Assembly (NCBI GenBank): GCA_937858275.1
Contig: CALLZK010000006.1
Coordinates: forward strand, 13,389 to 77,388
Direction of reading: 5' to 3'
From: an uncultured bacterium
GTDB lineage: Bacteria > Patescibacteriota > Minisyncoccia > Phycocordibacterales > JAACPR01
Length of the DNA: 64,000 nt
Shown in pieces: positions 1 to 9,503 of the stretch. The notes beneath the pieces were generated by a model. The model did no database searches and was not told the origin of the DNA. It saw nothing but the letters and a program-made list of their open reading frames with translations. A program made the translations under genes and the position numbers. The number at the start of each line of letters is the position of its first letter. The stretch's first letter is position 1.

Positions 1-129
1 TTTTAATATATTTAAATTTTCAAAACAAATTTTTTTTATTTTGTCTGAAATAATAACTTGATCCCCTAACAAAATATGAAAATGATGAATTTTTCCTTCT
101 TTTTTATAAGTATTTGTAATTTCATTCAT
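1..129 (-). CDS. 5' part of an unidentified ORF that runs off the window start, immediately downstream of mreB
   Basis: ATG at 127-129 on the minus strand, open to position 1 (MNEITNTYKKEGKIHHFHILLGDQ...). It sits in the mreC position but has no N-terminal TM segment. Confidence 0.25.
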   Translation of the reverse strand, partial: MNEITNTYKKEGKIHHFHILLGDQVIISDKIKKICFENLNILK

Positions 130-131
130 AA

Positions 132-1160
132 TTATCTTTTTGAGATAATGGATTTTTTGTAAACATCCAAATGATTTAGGGTTATTCCGGTACCTTTTGC
201 AACACAATACAGAGGATCCTTTGCAAGATGAGCTTTGACACCAGTTCTTCTGAAAACTAATTCTGTTAGATTTCGGAGTTGCGAAGTTCCACCAGTCATT
301 GTAATTCCACAATCTATAATGTCAGAAGATAGTTCTGGGGGTGTTTCTTGCAAAACATCTTTTATGGCTTTTATGATGTCTCTCAATTCCCTACTGATTG
401 CTTTTACAATTTCATTTGTTTTTATTTCTGTAGATCTTGGTAGTCCAGTCAAAAAATCTCTTCCTTTTATTTCCATTTTTAATTCATCATCCAAAAGAAC
501 CGCTGAACCAATTTTGACTTTTATTTTTTCTGCAGTTTTTTCACCAATAGCCAAATTGAAAGTTTTTTTTATGTAATCAATAATTGCATTATCAATTCTG
601 TCTCCAGCAACTTTTACCGATGTTGATGCCACAATTCCTCCAAGAGAAATGACTGCAACATCAGTTGTTCCGCCACCAATATCAACAATCATTCTACCTT
701 GAGCATCATTTATAGGAATACCGGCTCCGATTGCTGCCAGTATTGGTTCTTTTACAACATATGCATTTTTTGCTCCAGCTTTTATGGTAGCTTCTATAAC
801 TGCCCTTCTTTCTGTTGAAGTAATTCCGGCCGGAACAGAAACTAAAACATCTGGTCTAAATAGATTAAATTTTGGTAAAGCTTTGTTTATAAAATAAGAC
901 AACATCGCTTCTGTAACACGATAGTCTGCGATTACACCATCTCGCATTGGTCTGTATGCCACAATACTTTCTGGAGTTTTACCAATCATATCTCTCGCTT
1001 CAAGACCTACTGCCAAGATTTTGTTGTCTTGTTCTGAAATTGCCACAACAGAAGGTTCGTTCAAAACAATACCTTTACCAGGCAAAAAGACCAATGTATT
1101 AGCCGTTCCAAGGTCTATTCCCAATTTTGGACTAAAAAATCTCATATGTACAAACATCAT
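132..1160 (-). CDS. mreB: Rod shape-determining protein MreB (actin-like ATPase)
   Basis: GIDLGTANTLV phosphate-1 motif, DIGGGTTDVAV, and overall MreB/Hsp70-actin fold pattern. The true start is probably the internal MRFFSPKLGIDLG. Confidence 0.9.
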   Translation of the reverse strand: MMFVHMRFFSPKLGIDLGTANTLVFLPGKGIVLNEPSVVAISEQDNKILAVGLEARDMIGKTPESIVAYRPMRDGVIADYRVTEAMLSYFINKALPKFNLFRPDVLVSVPAGITSTERRAVIEATIKAGAKNAYVVKEPILAAIGAGIPINDAQGRMIVDIGGGTTDVAVISLGGIVASTSVKVAGDRIDNAIIDYIKKTFNLAIGEKTAEKIKVKIGSAVLLDDELKMEIKGRDFLTGLPRSTEIKTNEIVKAISRELRDIIKAIKDVLQETPPELSSDIIDCGITMTGGTSQLRNLTELVFRRTGVKAHLAKDPLYCVAKGTGITLNHLDVYKKSIISKR

Positions 1161-1213
1161 AATACTTTTTAATCCATTTTACAATTCCCTCAAAAAGTAT
1201 TAAAAATAAAGGT

Positions 1214-3166
1214 ATGTATATTATTGAGGTAACACCGTTTTCAAAAACAATAAGAACAAATAGCTTGTCGTATTTTTCAAGTCAAGAAATTTCTATTGGT
1301 TCAATAGTTTCTATTTCTATTAGAAACAAAAACATCAAAGGCTTAGTTACAAAAATCAGACCAGTCAAAGATTTGAAATCTGAACTAAAATCTTTTGATT
1401 ACACTTTAAAAAAAATAAAAGGTGTTTCAAAAAATATTTTATTCTCTACAGAATTTTTAAATGCAGTAGATTCAACAGCAAATTACTTTGCAACATCAAG
1501 CGGATCAATTATAAAATCTTTGGTTCCAGAAAATATTTTGGAAAGTATTGATAAAATAAAAAAAGTTGATTTTAAAAAACAAGAAGAAAATTCTGTTAAC
1601 AAGGAAAATAAAAATAAATTACAAAACATAGAAGATGAAGAAAATACAAAAAAGCCAAAATACATATTGCAAACCGAAGACAAAGACAGATACTCTGAAT
1701 ACAAAAGCATCATTAGAGAACAGTTTGCAAAAAACAAATCAGTCTTATTTTTTGTACCAACCATTGAAGATGGAAATTATGCTACTGAGGAATTATCAAG
1801 AGGTATAGAAAAACACACTTTTGTTTTGAACAGTAAAATAAGCAAAACCGAATTAATAAAAAAATGGAATGAAATTTTGAATAGACAAAAACCAAGTTTG
1901 ATTATTTCTACCCCCGGTTTTTCTGGTGTACCAATTAATGATTTGGGAGTTATGATAATTGAAAGAGAAAATTCAAATTCATACAGAACAAAAAATAGGC
2001 CGTATTTTGATCTTAGATTTTTCTTAGAAAAATATGCCGAAAATGCTGGAGCGATTTTGATTATCGGTGACTTAATATTGAGAACAGAAACACTATCAAG
2101 ATATGATCAGCAGGAATTTTTTGAACATGCTCCAATAAAATTTCGTTCAATTACAGATGCAACTCAAAAATTAATTGATTTAAAAGACAAATTTGAAATT
2201 GCCAAAAACGAAGATTTTATATCAGAAACATTAAAAAGAAAAATTGAAAATTGGCATCAAAAAAACGAACATACATTATTATTGGTTAATCGCCGAGGGG
2301 TGTCGCCAATTATTATTTGTAATGACTGTGGAACAATAGTCAAATGCGAACATTGTAGTTCGGCAATGGTTTTGCACGGAAAAGATATTAAAGAAGAAGG
2401 AAATCATTTGAAATGTCATAATTGTGGTAGCCAACGAGAAACTGACTTTATTTGTAAAAACTGTGGCGGATGGAGACTTGTAACACTTGGTGTTGGAACT
2501 GAAAAAATAGCTGAGTATATAAAAAATCTTTTTCCAGATTCCGAAACTTTTATTTTGGATAAAGATCATGCCCCAAATCCAAATAAAGCAAAAAGTATTG
2601 TTCAAAATTTTTATGATAGTCCAAATGGAATTTTGATTGGAACAGAAATGTCTTTACTTTATTTGCATCAGCAAATTGAAAATGTTGGAATTATTTCGAT
2701 TGATTCTTTATTTTTAATACCGGATTTTAGAATTAGAGAAAGAATTCTGAATATTTTACTGAGAGCAAGATCAATTGCATCACAAGACTTTGTCATTCAA
2801 ACAAGAAATAGTGAAGAAAAAATATTCAAAAATATAATAGAAGGAAATTTGACAGATTTTTATCGACAAGAATTCATTGATCGCAAGAGATTCAATTATC
2901 CCCCATTTAGTTTGATAATTAAAATTTCATTAACCGCAAAAAATATGGGGCAAATTGAAAAACAATTTGAAGCATTACAAAATTTTATAGGCGAATATCA
3001 AATTCGTGTTTATCCAGCATTTGTTGAAAGTGTTCGTGGAATGAAAATAATGAGAGGAATGATAAAAATTGATAGAAAAGATTGGCCGAATCAAAATTTA
3101 ATTGAGAAGTTGCAAAATTTACCGCCACAATTTAAAGTAGAAATTGATGCGGAAAGTGTTTTATAA
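1214..3166 (+). CDS. priA: Primosomal protein N' (PriA)-like; 4-Cys zinc region retained but helicase Walker A/B motifs degenerate
   Basis: CNDCG...CEHC...CHNCG...CKNCGG zinc-binding insert and LVNRRG are typical of PriA. The position equivalent to GxGKT reads QTEDKDRY, and DEEH reads EREN. Confidence 0.75.
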   Translation: MYIIEVTPFSKTIRTNSLSYFSSQEISIGSIVSISIRNKNIKGLVTKIRPVKDLKSELKSFDYTLKKIKGVSKNILFSTEFLNAVDSTANYFATSSGSIIKSLVPENILESIDKIKKVDFKKQEENSVNKENKNKLQNIEDEENTKKPKYILQTEDKDRYSEYKSIIREQFAKNKSVLFFVPTIEDGNYATEELSRGIEKHTFVLNSKISKTELIKKWNEILNRQKPSLIISTPGFSGVPINDLGVMIIERENSNSYRTKNRPYFDLRFFLEKYAENAGAILIIGDLILRTETLSRYDQQEFFEHAPIKFRSITDATQKLIDLKDKFEIAKNEDFISETLKRKIENWHQKNEHTLLLVNRRGVSPIIICNDCGTIVKCEHCSSAMVLHGKDIKEEGNHLKCHNCGSQRETDFICKNCGGWRLVTLGVGTEKIAEYIKNLFPDSETFILDKDHAPNPNKAKSIVQNFYDSPNGILIGTEMSLLYLHQQIENVGIISIDSLFLIPDFRIRERILNILLRARSIASQDFVIQTRNSEEKIFKNIIEGNLTDFYRQEFIDRKRFNYPPFSLIIKISLTAKNMGQIEKQFEALQNFIGEYQIRVYPAFVESVRGMKIMRGMIKIDRKDWPNQNLIEKLQNLPPQFKVEIDAESVL

Positions 3167-3195
3167 AAAAAGAACAAATTTGCTATAATTTAGAA

Positions 3196-3708
3196 ATGTC
3201 AGAAATAATACAAGTAGACAACAAAATATTAAGACAGGTCGCCAAAGAAATTCCAACAAAAGATATTGGTTCTGAAAAAATAAAAAAATTAATATCGAAA
3301 ATGGAACAGGCACTCAAAAAAGAAAAAGATGGTGTGGCTTTGGCTGGACCACAAATTGCAGAATCTTGGCGAATTTTTATTATATCTCCAATTGCATATG
3401 ACACAGTTCAGTTTTTGGGAGACAGAAAATATGTTTTTATAAATCCAAAAATAATCAAGAAATCAAATGATAAAAAATTAATGGAAGAAGGTTGTTTGTC
3501 TGTTAGACCATATTATGGCAAAGTCAGAAGATCAAGTAAGGCAACAGTAAGAGCATATGACGAAAATGGTCAAGAGTTTGAAATGGAAGGTGCCGGATTA
3601 ATTGCTCAAATTTTTCAACATGAAATAGATCATTTGGATGGAATATTATTTATTGATAAAGCAAAAGATGTAAGAGAAATACCAAAAGAAATTTATGAGC
3701 AAAAATAA
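3196..3708 (+). CDS. def: Peptide deformylase
   Basis: The three PDF motifs are present: G(P)Q, EGCLS and QHEIDHLDG (HExxH). Confidence 0.9.
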   Translation: MSEIIQVDNKILRQVAKEIPTKDIGSEKIKKLISKMEQALKKEKDGVALAGPQIAESWRIFIISPIAYDTVQFLGDRKYVFINPKIIKKSNDKKLMEEGCLSVRPYYGKVRRSSKATVRAYDENGQEFEMEGAGLIAQIFQHEIDHLDGILFIDKAKDVREIPKEIYEQK

Positions 3709-4588
3709 TTTAAAATTTATATTTTTTGGAACTGACTTTTTTAGTGTAAAAGTTTTGGAAGAATTAAAAAAATCTGACCTGACTCCTCTTGCAATTGTGA
3801 CTGCACCAGATCGTAAAAGCGGAAGAGGGCAAAAATTGCAAAAACCCCCAGCAAAAATATGGGTGGAAAATAATTTTGCAGAACAAATAAAAGTATTACA
3901 ACCAGAAAAATTAGATGATATTTTTTTGGAATCTTTAAAATCAATTAGTCCTGAGTATGATTTTTTTGCTGTAGCATCTTATGGAAAAATAATTCCAAAA
4001 AAAGTTATAGATTTGCCAAAATTTAAAGCACTGAATGTTCACCCTTCTTTACTACCTTTTTACAGAGGTGCATCGCCAATAGAATCTGCGATTTTAGATG
4101 ATCAAAAAGAGACCGGAGTCACAATAATGTTAATGGATGAAAAAATGGACCACGGACCAATTTTAAATCAAGAAATAGTTTTTTTTGAAGAGTGGTCAAA
4201 AAAAATTTTAGTTGAAGAAAAAATGGCTTTAATTGGCGGTAAATTGTTGACTGATACAATAAATGATTTTGTTATAAAAAAAGAAATAGAACCACAAGAA
4301 CAAAATCATGAGACTGCAACTTTTACAAAAAAAATAACAAAAGAAATGGGACAAATAAATTTTACGGATTTGGAAAATGAAAACAAAAGCAGAGAAATTT
4401 TTTTGAAAATACAAGCACTAAATCCGTGGCCTGGAGTTTTCTTTTTTATAAAACATCTTGATAAAGAAATTAGAGTAAAAATTACGAATGCAAAATTTGA
4501 AAATCAAAAATTAATTATAGAAACAGTTATTCCAGAAGGCAAAAAAGAAATGTCTTTTGCTGATTTTAATAAAGGTTTTATAAAATAA
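3695..4588 (+). CDS. fmt: Methionyl-tRNA formyltransferase
   Basis: N-terminal FFGTDFFSV, NVHPSLLPFYRG formyltransferase motif and a C-terminal Fmt domain. It overlaps the def stop, the classic def-fmt operon arrangement. Confidence 0.9.
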   Translation: MSKNNLKFIFFGTDFFSVKVLEELKKSDLTPLAIVTAPDRKSGRGQKLQKPPAKIWVENNFAEQIKVLQPEKLDDIFLESLKSISPEYDFFAVASYGKIIPKKVIDLPKFKALNVHPSLLPFYRGASPIESAILDDQKETGVTIMLMDEKMDHGPILNQEIVFFEEWSKKILVEEKMALIGGKLLTDTINDFVIKKEIEPQEQNHETATFTKKITKEMGQINFTDLENENKSREIFLKIQALNPWPGVFFFIKHLDKEIRVKITNAKFENQKLIIETVIPEGKKEMSFADFNKGFIK

Positions 4589-4719
4589 TTTATTCTATTT
4601 TTTAAAACAAAATCGCTTTTACAGTTCTTATCCTCGTCTCCTTTTTTCTTCAAATTGCACTTGACTAAAAAAGACTGCGGAGGAACTTATAAAAGCAATT
4701 TTGTTTTTAATAAATTTAA

Positions 4720-5100
4720 TTATTCTCTACCAAATTTTAAAAATTTTTTTATAGCATTTCCACCTCTACGAATTAGATGAATTTTTCGTTCTTTATTTTT
4801 ACGAACTCGACGAACCATCTCATCACAAGATTCTTCAATTGCAGATAAAATATCTTCTTGTGTTGATTCGGTTCTTAGTAATGTTCCCTTATGTGTTAAA
4901 TTAATTTCTGATCTAAAAATTTGTCCATTTTTGTGGTGCTCTCCGGTAATTTTTTCAACTTCAAATTCTACAATAATCAATTCATCAGGATTAAGTTTAA
5001 AAAATTTTTCGATGTGAGAAATTTTTTGCTCTATATGATTTCTCAAATCAGCTGTTAAATCCATGTTTGTCGCTTTTATATTCAAGTTGAAATTGCTCAT
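4720..5100 (-). CDS. hpf: Ribosome hibernation promoting factor / RaiA family (short form)
   Basis: MSNFNLNIKATNMDLTADLRNHIEQKI matches the N-terminus of sigma-54 modulation protein / YfiA family; ~126 aa. Confidence 0.75.
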   Translation of the reverse strand: MSNFNLNIKATNMDLTADLRNHIEQKISHIEKFFKLNPDELIIVEFEVEKITGEHHKNGQIFRSEINLTHKGTLLRTESTQEDILSAIEESCDEMVRRVRKNKERKIHLIRRGGNAIKKFLKFGRE

Positions 5101-5105
5101 GTTTT

Positions 5106-5330
5106 TTAGTTATCGCCTACTTTTAATAATTTAACCTGGGACATATGCCCACTTATTATTTTGACACCTCCTGGCGGATTGTCAAAGTGTTTAAACACAA
5201 GTTGACATATTCTTTTATTTGCCAATCCCCCTTTTGCTGGTTCGCGAACACAAATGATAAATTCGTTTTCTTTTATTTTTTCAATTGATTCTTTCTTAGA
5301 ATTCGGTTTTGCTTTTACTCGAATGTACAT
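5106..5330 (-). CDS. DUF167 (YggU-like) small protein
   Basis: AKGGLANKRICQLV resembles the DUF167 AKGGKAN motif; 74 aa. Confidence 0.55.
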   Translation of the reverse strand: MYIRVKAKPNSKKESIEKIKENEFIICVREPAKGGLANKRICQLVFKHFDNPPGGVKIISGHMSQVKLLKVGDN

Positions 5331-5413
5331 ATTTGTCTTTTATCATATTTAACTGTTGTATTATAAACTTTTTTTTGATATATTAAAGTCTGTGCTTTTT
5401 ATAAGCACAATAT

Positions 5414-5485
5414 TCCGCGATAGCTCAACGGTAGAGCAGTCGCCTGTTAAGCGATTGGTTCCAGGTTCGAATCCTGGTCGCGGAG
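5414..5485 (+). tRNA. tRNA-Asn (anticodon GTT)
   Basis: 72-nt cloverleaf folded by hand. Acceptor TCCGCGA/TCGCGGA, D-arm GCTC-AACGGTA-GAGC, anticodon stem GTCGC/GCGAT with loop CTGTTAA, T-arm CCAGG-TTCGAAT-CCTGG, discriminator G. No encoded CCA. Confidence 0.85.
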
Positions 5486-5507
5486 CCGAGTTGCGTTAGC
5501 TCAAAAT

Positions 5508-5804
5508 TTGTGGTCTAATATGGATGTCGAGCTAGCTCAAAAAGAGTTAAAAATAAACATCATGAACCAAGAAAATTTTAAATCACCAGAGAGTAACGAG
5601 AGATTAACACCTGAAAGAAAATTAGAAATTGCGATTGCATACATAAAAGATGACGCACTTAGATCTGGCAAAATGGTCACCCACTTTAATTCTACAGAAA
5701 TGCGGGAGCGTATAAAAAATACAATTGAACAAAAATATCTATCGGAAGCCGGGGTCACAGAAGAAGAGGCTATGGAGTTTTTGAGAGAGATTTTGAGTGA
5801 GTAA
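5508..5804 (+). CDS. Hypothetical protein, first ORF of the tRNA-adjacent cassette region
   Basis: ORF only; somewhat higher G+C than background. The true start may be the internal MNQENF. The 5' end overlaps a GAGCTAGCTCAAAA palindromic repeat. Confidence 0.35.
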   Translation: MWSNMDVELAQKELKINIMNQENFKSPESNERLTPERKLEIAIAYIKDDALRSGKMVTHFNSTEMRERIKNTIEQKYLSEAGVTEEEAMEFLREILSE

Positions 5805-5834
5805 TTTATTTTTAATACTACATCCCTATAAAAC

Positions 5835-6419
5835 ATGAAAACCGAATTTGAGGCAACATATCTGGATATTGATAAGAATGAAATTCGAGAAAAATTAAAA
5901 TCTCTTGGCGCTATGTTACTTCGTCCAGAATACATGCAACGAAGAAACAATTTTGATTTACAGAAATTTGGTAGAAATTTTTGGGAGTGGGCACGAGTTC
6001 GTGACGAGGGCGACAAAGTTACAATGGCATACAAATGCATTCCACCAAATGCCACAATAGACGATCAAAAAGAAATAGAATTTTCAATTTCGGATTTTGA
6101 CCTTGGTGTTGATTTTTTAGAAAATCTGGGTGCATACAAAACAAATTATTCAGAAACCCTAAGAGAAACCTGGGAATTAGATGGGGTTACTATTGATATT
6201 GACACATGGCCACATCTGGAACCATATATTGAAATCGAAAGCAGTAGTGAGGAAAACGTTAAAAGTGTTTCTAAAAAATTAGGGTTTGATTATGCGGATG
6301 CTAAATTCTGTGGTGCTGGAGAAATTTATCAAATGAAATACGGAATACATCCAGACAAATTAGCAATTGAAAAGGGTTCGATCAGGTTAACCTTTGAAGA
6401 TCCTAATCCTTTTTTATAA
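5835..6419 (+). CDS. CYTH-domain protein (CyaB / thiamine-triphosphatase-like triphosphate tunnel)
   Basis: N-terminal EFEATYLDID (ExExK-type CYTH signature) and size (~190 aa); higher G+C than flanks. Confidence 0.5.
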   Translation: MKTEFEATYLDIDKNEIREKLKSLGAMLLRPEYMQRRNNFDLQKFGRNFWEWARVRDEGDKVTMAYKCIPPNATIDDQKEIEFSISDFDLGVDFLENLGAYKTNYSETLRETWELDGVTIDIDTWPHLEPYIEIESSSEENVKSVSKKLGFDYADAKFCGAGEIYQMKYGIHPDKLAIEKGSIRLTFEDPNPFL

Positions 6420-6432
6420 TTTTTCACTATCC

Positions 6433-6476
6433 GTCTTGAGCTAGCTCAGAACGGGTTCGAGTCCTGTTTTGGGAGC
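6433..6476 (+). repeat. Pseudo-tRNA-like element (D-arm-like GAGCTAGCTCAGAACGG fused to T-arm-like GGTTCGAGTCCTG...GGGAGC); degenerate copy R0 of the cassette repeat
   Basis: Read directly from the sequence. Related GAGCTAGCTCAAAA copies lie at ~5527 and ~5498, right after tRNA-Asn. Confidence 0.5.
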
Positions 6477-6523
6477 ATTACTGTGCTAGCACAGGACGGG
6501 TCAAATAAACCCTCAAAAACGCT

Positions 6524-6883
6524 ATGGATAAATTAGATGAAAAATTAGAGAAAGAAATAATAGAACTTCTTGAATTTGTACTTCAGCCAATAAATGGAAA
6601 ATTTGTGTGTTTTGAGAATCCCATTACTATATATTCAACAATTAGAAAAGTTGGCGACAACAAAAGTATTTTTACAGAAGAAAATAAAATCATTTTTTAT
6701 CATATCAAATTAAACACTAAATACGGGGAAACTGTTCTTAGTGTCAATTCTGATAGTCTAAAAACTGATATAAATTATGCTGTCACTATTTCGTGCGGTC
6801 ATTCTGCCATACCAAACATGATCTCAAAAGAAGAATTCCAAGGGATTAATTCAAATATATTAAATTTATATAATAAAAAGTAA
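6524..6883 (+). CDS. Hypothetical protein (cassette ORF)
   Basis: ORF only; followed by repeat R1. Confidence 0.4.
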   Translation: MDKLDEKLEKEIIELLEFVLQPINGKFVCFENPITIYSTIRKVGDNKSIFTEENKIIFYHIKLNTKYGETVLSVNSDSLKTDINYAVTISCGHSAIPNMISKEEFQGINSNILNLYNKK

Positions 6884-6980
6884 AACCCTAAGGTTACCAA
6901 GACATCACCCTTTATTAAAGCCGTATAAGATGATATGATGATGGAATGTTTGAACAAGCATTCTGGTTAAAATTAACCAT

Positions 6981-7013
6981 CACACAAGTTAGAACGTCCT
7001 TCATTGGAGCCCG
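6981..7013 (+). repeat. Cassette-boundary repeat R1 (CACACAAGTTAGAACGTCCTTCATTGGAGCCCG)
   Basis: Member of a family with the consensus CACAGGTTCGAAC-N5-CACTAGACGGAGCC. Confidence 0.6.
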
Positions 7014-7122
7014 ACTTCAATTTGACAACAAAATCAATTTTGGTATTATATAGATATCACTACGAAAGAGACCCTGGTGTAGATACGTCTACATTGGGGG
7101 CTTTTTCTTTTTATTTTAAGTT

Positions 7123-7605
7123 CTAAATCTTATTTGAAAATTTATGATACAAATCGTTAAGAAAAGTTATTCTAATATTTTTATTTTTTATTAAAATAGA
7201 ACATTTTTTCTCATCTGGAGCTATTACCTCCGCAATTGAATTTTTATCTTTTAAAAACTCAACCAAACACCCAAAGTCACCATCTCCAGTAATTAAAATA
7301 CTTGAATCAAATTCTTTTTCATAAAAATCAGAACTAGCTTTTAAAACTAACTCTGCGTCACAATTCCCTTTAATTTTTTCACCTATAGAAACTGTTTGTT
7401 TAAAAATTAAAACATAACCACAGCTTTGTAGGTGTTCATAAAATTTTACTCTTTCAGGTACAAGGCCAATGAAAAGATAAACTTTGCTAGGATTAAATTT
7501 TTGACGAAGCCATCCTCGGAACTTCTTATAGTCAATCTCAAAACCAAGTTCCTTAGCAGAACGATATAAATTATTTCCATCAATATAGATGTTCAATTTA
7601 TTCAT
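7123..7605 (-). CDS. NYN-domain (LabA/PIN-like) protein, reverse-oriented cassette ORF
   Basis: YIDGNNLY ... ITGDGDF pattern typical of NYN/LabA-like nucleases. Confidence 0.5.
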   Translation of the reverse strand: MNKLNIYIDGNNLYRSAKELGFEIDYKKFRGWLRQKFNPSKVYLFIGLVPERVKFYEHLQSCGYVLIFKQTVSIGEKIKGNCDAELVLKASSDFYEKEFDSSILITGDGDFGCLVEFLKDKNSIAEVIAPDEKKCSILIKNKNIRITFLNDLYHKFSNKI

Positions 7606-7726
7606 TACCGGTATTGTAACATAAATACTAATTTAATCTGTTAAAATAACTTTATTTAAATTTTATAAATGTAGTGAAATCGCTGTGGGTTAACTTCCCT
7701 CCTCTCATATTTTAAGCCATATTTAT

Positions 7727-7764
7727 CATCACACAGGTTCGAACGTCCTCCACTAGACGGAGCC
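7727..7764 (+). repeat. Cassette-boundary repeat R2 (CATCACACAGGTTCGAACGTCCTCCACTAGACGGAGCC), best-conserved copy
   Basis: Direct sequence comparison with R1 and R3-R7. Confidence 0.65.
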
Positions 7765-7820
7765 ATTGTAAAGCAAAGTAAAGTGTTCTTCTTTTGTGAA
7801 TTAAGTTATAATTTTGTTAT

Positions 7821-8447
7821 ATGAAATTATTTTTATCATCTCTCTCAATATCAAGTGAACAGAAAGAAGCTTTTATAAATCTGGTTGAAAAAGATTTGTC
7901 TGACATAAAATTTGCTCTTATAGAAAACGCTGCTGACCCATACTCTCAGAAAGCAAAAGGGTTCGTTGAAGAAACAAGAAAAAATTTGCAGTCATTTGAA
8001 ATTAAACTGGAGCAAGTAAACCTACTTGAATATAAAAATAGACCTAACGAATTGTTTGAGAAGCTATCGAAGTTTGATGTTGTATGGATTGGTGGTGGAA
8101 ATACTTTTTATATTAGATGGTTAATGAAAGAAACTGGTTTTGATAACATAATAAACAAACTATTAGAAAAAGGTATTGTATACGGTGGCGGTAGTGCAGG
8201 AGCTATTGTCGCAGGTAAAACACTAAAATATTTCGACTTAGTTGATAATCCAGAAGATAGTCCTGAGCAAATTTATAACGGTCTAGGATTAACTAATTTA
8301 ATTATTATTCCACACTGGAATACAGAAAGTTTTCGGGATAAGTTAAAGGAAATAAAACAGCTATACGAAAAAGAAGATATCGAGGTAACGACGATAGAAG
8401 ACGGTAAGGCTATTGTAATAAAAGATGAGGATATTATTATTGTTTAA
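7821..8447 (+). CDS. Peptidase E / S51-family (cyanophycinase-like) serine peptidase
   Basis: GGGNTFYI and GGSAGAIV motifs characteristic of peptidase family S51. Confidence 0.6.
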   Translation: MKLFLSSLSISSEQKEAFINLVEKDLSDIKFALIENAADPYSQKAKGFVEETRKNLQSFEIKLEQVNLLEYKNRPNELFEKLSKFDVVWIGGGNTFYIRWLMKETGFDNIINKLLEKGIVYGGGSAGAIVAGKTLKYFDLVDNPEDSPEQIYNGLGLTNLIIIPHWNTESFRDKLKEIKQLYEKEDIEVTTIEDGKAIVIKDEDIIIV

Positions 8448-8535
8448 CGATAGACTTTTAGTTCTGAAAGAAAAGATTTGGAAATAACCCCAAAATCCCA
8501 GAAACCTCAAATTCTTTTTGTATAGAAACCCAATT

Positions 8536-8567
8536 CATAGTTCTGAACCTGTCCACTACACGGAGCC
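8536..8567 (+). repeat. Cassette-boundary repeat R3 (CATAGTTCTGAACCTGTCCACTACACGGAGCC)
   Basis: Same family as R2. Confidence 0.6.
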
Positions 8568-8597
8568 AAAGTTGATTATTTTTGATATACTTTTTAT

Positions 8598-8891
8598 ATG
8601 CACAAATGGGACATATACGAAATAACGACAACAGAAACTCCAATCCACGGGGTTATGTTACGAGGTAGAATTAGAAAATATGCCATGGCAAATAACATCA
8701 ACTTGTTGACCGAAAATGCTTCAGACAAGGAAAATACTGTTAGATTTGCGGTAGAAAAAGATTTCGATCCAAAAGAAATTGTAGCCTTTATAATAGAAGT
8801 GGTTCCAGATGCCGAAATTACCTTGATTCAAAAGGAATTAGTAAATCCAGTTTTATCAAAAATGAAAGTTAATATTGAAGATAGATATTAA
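8598..8891 (+). CDS. Hypothetical small protein (weak acylphosphatase-like resemblance)
   Basis: IHGVMLRGRIRKYA resembles acylphosphatase signature 1 only loosely. Confidence 0.3.
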   Translation: MHKWDIYEITTTETPIHGVMLRGRIRKYAMANNINLLTENASDKENTVRFAVEKDFDPKEIVAFIIEVVPDAEITLIQKELVNPVLSKMKVNIEDRY

Positions 8892-8900
8892 AAAACCAAT

Positions 8901-9503
8901 ATGAAAACAAATATTTTATTAATACACGGTGGGATGACTTTTAAAAACAGAAAGGATTATTTAAAATACCTAAAAGAAAGATCTATTGATTTGAAAGGTT
9001 ACAAAAGTTGGACAGATGAATATTTGGCCGAAAAACTCGGTAGAAATTATCAAATCATAAAACCAAGAATGCCCTTAAAAGATAATTCTCGTTACGAGGA
9101 TTGGAAAATACACTTTGAAAGATATTTACCACTTTTAGGGAAAAAATTTGTATTAATTGGAAATTCTCTTGGGGGTATATTTCTTGCAAAATATTTATCT
9201 GAGAATAAATTAAAAACAAAACCTCTTGGAACATTTTTGGTCTGCCCACCGTTTGACGACACTATCCCAACAGAAGATCTTGTTAATGGTTTCAAACTTA
9301 AATCAAATATTTCAATGCTAGAAAATAATACCGAAAAACTTTATTTAATGTTTTCTGAAAATGATGATTGTGTTCCTGTTTCTCATGCAGAAAAATATCG
9401 TTCCAAATTACCAAATTCAAAAATAATAATTTACAAAAATAAAAACGGTCATTTTAAAATTGCAAAATTTCCAGAGATTGTAAGACTTATAAAGGGGTTA
9501 TGA
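8901..9503 (+). CDS. Small alpha/beta serine hydrolase (RBBP9/YdeN-like)
   Basis: GNSLGG nucleophile elbow (GxSxG), ~200 aa, LLIHGG at the N-terminus. Confidence 0.5.
   Translation: MKTNILLIHGGMTFKNRKDYLKYLKERSIDLKGYKSWTDEYLAEKLGRNYQIIKPRMPLKDNSRYEDWKIHFERYLPLLGKKFVLIGNSLGGIFLAKYLSENKLKTKPLGTFLVCPPFDDTIPTEDLVNGFKLKSNISMLENNTEKLYLMFSENDDCVPVSHAEKYRSKLPNSKIIIYKNKNGHFKIAKFPEIVRLIKGL

Noticed and set aside
1-129. Partial ORF downstream of mreB as mreC
   Set aside because: It is positionally plausible, but the translated N-terminus lacks the expected TM/coiled-coil start of MreC, so it is left as hypothetical.
235-576. Numerous 60-150-aa ORFs antisense to or overlapping long genes (e.g. 235-576, 1483-1764, 2279-2605, 20277-22416, 34001-34456, 54297-54495, 62626-63198, 63586-63993)
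   Set aside because: They lie inside or antisense to well-supported genes. They have low-complexity, AT-codon-rich compositions and no RBS. These are typical spurious ORFs in AT-rich DNA. The two at 62626-63993 are antisense to the FtsX permease, which is open to the window end.
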